Below, piece by piece: positions 61,483 through 64,000 of a stretch of DNA of 64,000 bases. The notes below the pieces were generated by a model. It was not told the DNA's origin, made no database searches, and saw only the letters and a list, made by a program, of their open reading frames with translations. The DNA lies in NCBI GenBank assembly GCA_951406725.2, contig OX597829.1:32178001-32242000 (forward strand). The letters are read 5' to 3'. Positions within the stretch are counted from its first letter, which is position 1, and each line of letters opens with the position of its first letter. The position numbers and the translations under genes are program-made. Source of the DNA: Octopus vulgaris. Taxonomy: Eukaryota.

Positions 61483-64000
61483 AAATCAAATATGAGATTT
61501 GGGTCATGTGCAAGAGGACAGTAAAGAGAAAAGCATTTTGACAATGATTACTGTCAGTTTTGTATGTGTTTTATATATGTGTTCATATTTTGTTTTTTCA
61601 AGAATTAAAAAAAAAAAAATTGTATGCTTTGGTCTTTAGCCAGTGCAGTTGGCTACTTATTGATCAGTTAGTTGAAATCAAGTTTCTGGTAAAGCTGACG
61701 CATGCATGCATGCACGCATGCGCGTGTGTGCACACACACACAGTGTCAAAGTTGTATAATTAACCTTTCTCTCAAGAGAATTTTGTAAATTTAATCCTTG
61801 GGTTACTCCTTTGTTCTATCCTTGTTTTAGTCGTTAGATTGCAGCAGCATCTCCAAGGGTTTAGTTGATTATATTGATTCCTGTTCATATTAAGTCTGAT
61901 ACTTATTTCGTTAATCTCTTATTGAATTACTAAATTATGGGACATAAAAGGAATATAGAACACTACTGGCTTCCATGCAGTGTCTATCTACCAAATTTCA
62001 CTCACAAGGTGTATTGATCAACTGGAGGTTTTAATAGAAAACATGAGCTGAAAATGCCATGCTGTGATATTGAGCTTAAATCATGATTATGAAATAAAGT
62101 CCCTAACCACACAACCATGCTCTTATTTCTGTTATCAACTATAACAGGTTCAACCATAATGAAGTATATTTTACCTTTTATATTTGACTACTTTTCTAAT
62201 GATTCACAAAAGCTTTTCAATACATCAAAAATACCCTGCATTTATCTTGAGACAAATTTTGATTAAAATTGGAAAAATTTGGAGTACAAGTGCAAGCATG
62301 GCTGTAATGGTAAGAAGTTTGCTTCCCAACCACATAGTTCTGGGTTCAATCCAGCATCACAGCACCTTGGGCAAGTGTCTTCTACAATATCCTTGTGAGT
62401 GGATTTGGTAGATGGAAACTGAAAGAAGCCTGTTTGTCCCCTACCACCACTTGACAACTTAACAGTTCAGCCAAAGCAACAAGTAGAATAAGTGCTAGGT
62501 AAAGAAAAAAGTACTGAAATTAATTTGTTCAATGAAAATTCTTTACAGCAGTGCCCTGGCACGGTGCAGTTTAGTGACAAATGAGTAAAAGATATTGTAC
62601 CAGTTTGGGTTTGTATTGAATTTAACAGAAAATAAGTTAATTAAAAAAAATTCTGCTTAAATTTGCAGAATCTTCTCACCCATGAAAATAAATGTAGAAG
62701 CCATACAAAGATAAATGTAAGAAAATAAGTCTTTGAATTTTAGGCATTTCTGAAGTTTGGATTTATTTCATTTAGCACAATGCAAAAATTCTTCTTTGCA
62801 TTTTTCTTTATCTCACAAACCTCTTTTTTCTCCTTTCTGTAATTGGCATAAGATTTAAAAAAAAAAAAAATTCTAAAACTAGGTTCTGAAACTTTGCTTG
62901 AGGGGTTAAAATGACAAATATTGCCTAAAGATGGTGATATTTGTGAATATCAGCTGCATCTTTGTTTCTGCTTTTACTTACAGTAAAATAAATGCAAGAT
63001 GGATCTCTTTATAATGGGACAAGACTACAAATTGATTGAAGCTGATATTTATATATGAAGCACTTTTTGAGTGTTGGGCCTCCCGGAGGCAAAAGTGGTT
63101 TTTGCTGGTGGCATGTGAAGAGCTCCTTTCAAGTGTTTGGCCTCACAGAAGTAATAACCGAGATCTTGGCATTACATCATGCTTGAGAAAACCTATCAAG
63201 CCAAGTAAAATTGCAGTCATGGCAGATACCAGTGTCATGCAAATGGCACTTGTGAAGTGGCCGTAAGTCATCCATTACACTCTTGGAGTGGTTGGTGTTA
63301 GGAAGGACATCCAGCCATAGAAACCATGCCAAATCAGACTGAAGTCTGGTGCAGCCTTCCAGCTTGCCAGCCCTGGTCAAAACACCCAACTCAGACAAGC
63401 ATGGACAACGGATGCTAAATGACGATGATATAATGAGCCAACACTGTATATTAAGCTATCAGTCCCAAAAGGGCCTAGTCATCTGTTGGTAGTTTTGAAC
63501 TCAGAGCATAAGGCAGTAATTCTCAATTTTTTTCACTTGGTGGTGCACTAGACATCAAATATAAAAAAGACTGTATAGAAAGTTAAAAATCACTAGTGCA
63601 TTTTGTGTGGAAAATTAAATTGTTTACAGTTATTAATTTAGAAAAGAAAAATACAGAAAACTAGTTTACTTCGTTTTACCAGTCACATTTGTGTAGAAGC
63701 AAAATGTTTTTCAAGATACTCAAGCAATTATGAATTTTCTAAAGCCTTAAATCCTATTTTAAAAAACCCAACCAAACAAACAAATCCAAGGCACATCTAG
63801 ATATCCTTTGCAGTGTTTTACAACTACTGGCATAGCAGGATGTAACTAAATACTGAAAAGCATTTTGTTTTCTGAGGTACTGTTTCCACTGCTTTCAATA
63901 TTATCGTCTTAATGTCTTCTTTTTGGTGCTTGCTTGGGTCAGATGGAATTTATTGGAGATTTTCTACTGTTGATTTTTTTTTCCTGTTGCCAGTCCTTGT

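Overview
AT-rich, repeat-dense eukaryotic (animal) genomic DNA. The SINE/RTE repertoire and long (TA/TG)n microsatellites strongly suggest an octopus (coleoid cephalopod); this is an inference from recognised repeat families. Only two host coding exons can be supported, and they point away from each other. One is the first coding exon of an AtuA/DUF1446 (acyclic terpene utilisation) family gene with a probable mitochondrial presequence (minus strand, 11696-11534). The other is the first coding exon (RH1 domain) of the JIP3/JIP4 (MAPK8IP3/SPAG9, Sunday driver/UNC-16) orthologue (plus strand, 37048-37347). I found no second exon of either gene, so 1-11533 and 37348-64000 are probably long first introns. 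The rest is a nested transposon landscape: RTE LINEs (one family carries a PHD-like finger and a 3' stem-loop array), a truncated Gypsy element, two mariners, a Tigger/pogo element, a hAT (Buster/SPIN-like) element with a perfect 8-bp TSD, R4/NeSL-type fragments, Penelope-like elements with hammerhead-ribozyme motifs, and several tRNA-derived SINE families. The most unusual observations are: (i) hammerhead motifs with very long stem II inserts beside a Penelope-like RT that ends at a 28S rRNA fragment; (ii) an A-B-A-B concatemer built only from RTE 3' UTR; (iii) a near-perfect 159-bp inverted repeat in the AtuA intron; (iv) a duplicated hairpin-containing segment in the JIP intron; (v) a strong-Kozak hydrophobic uORF behind an NRF1 site in the putative JIP leader. 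No CRISPR array or prokaryotic system is present.
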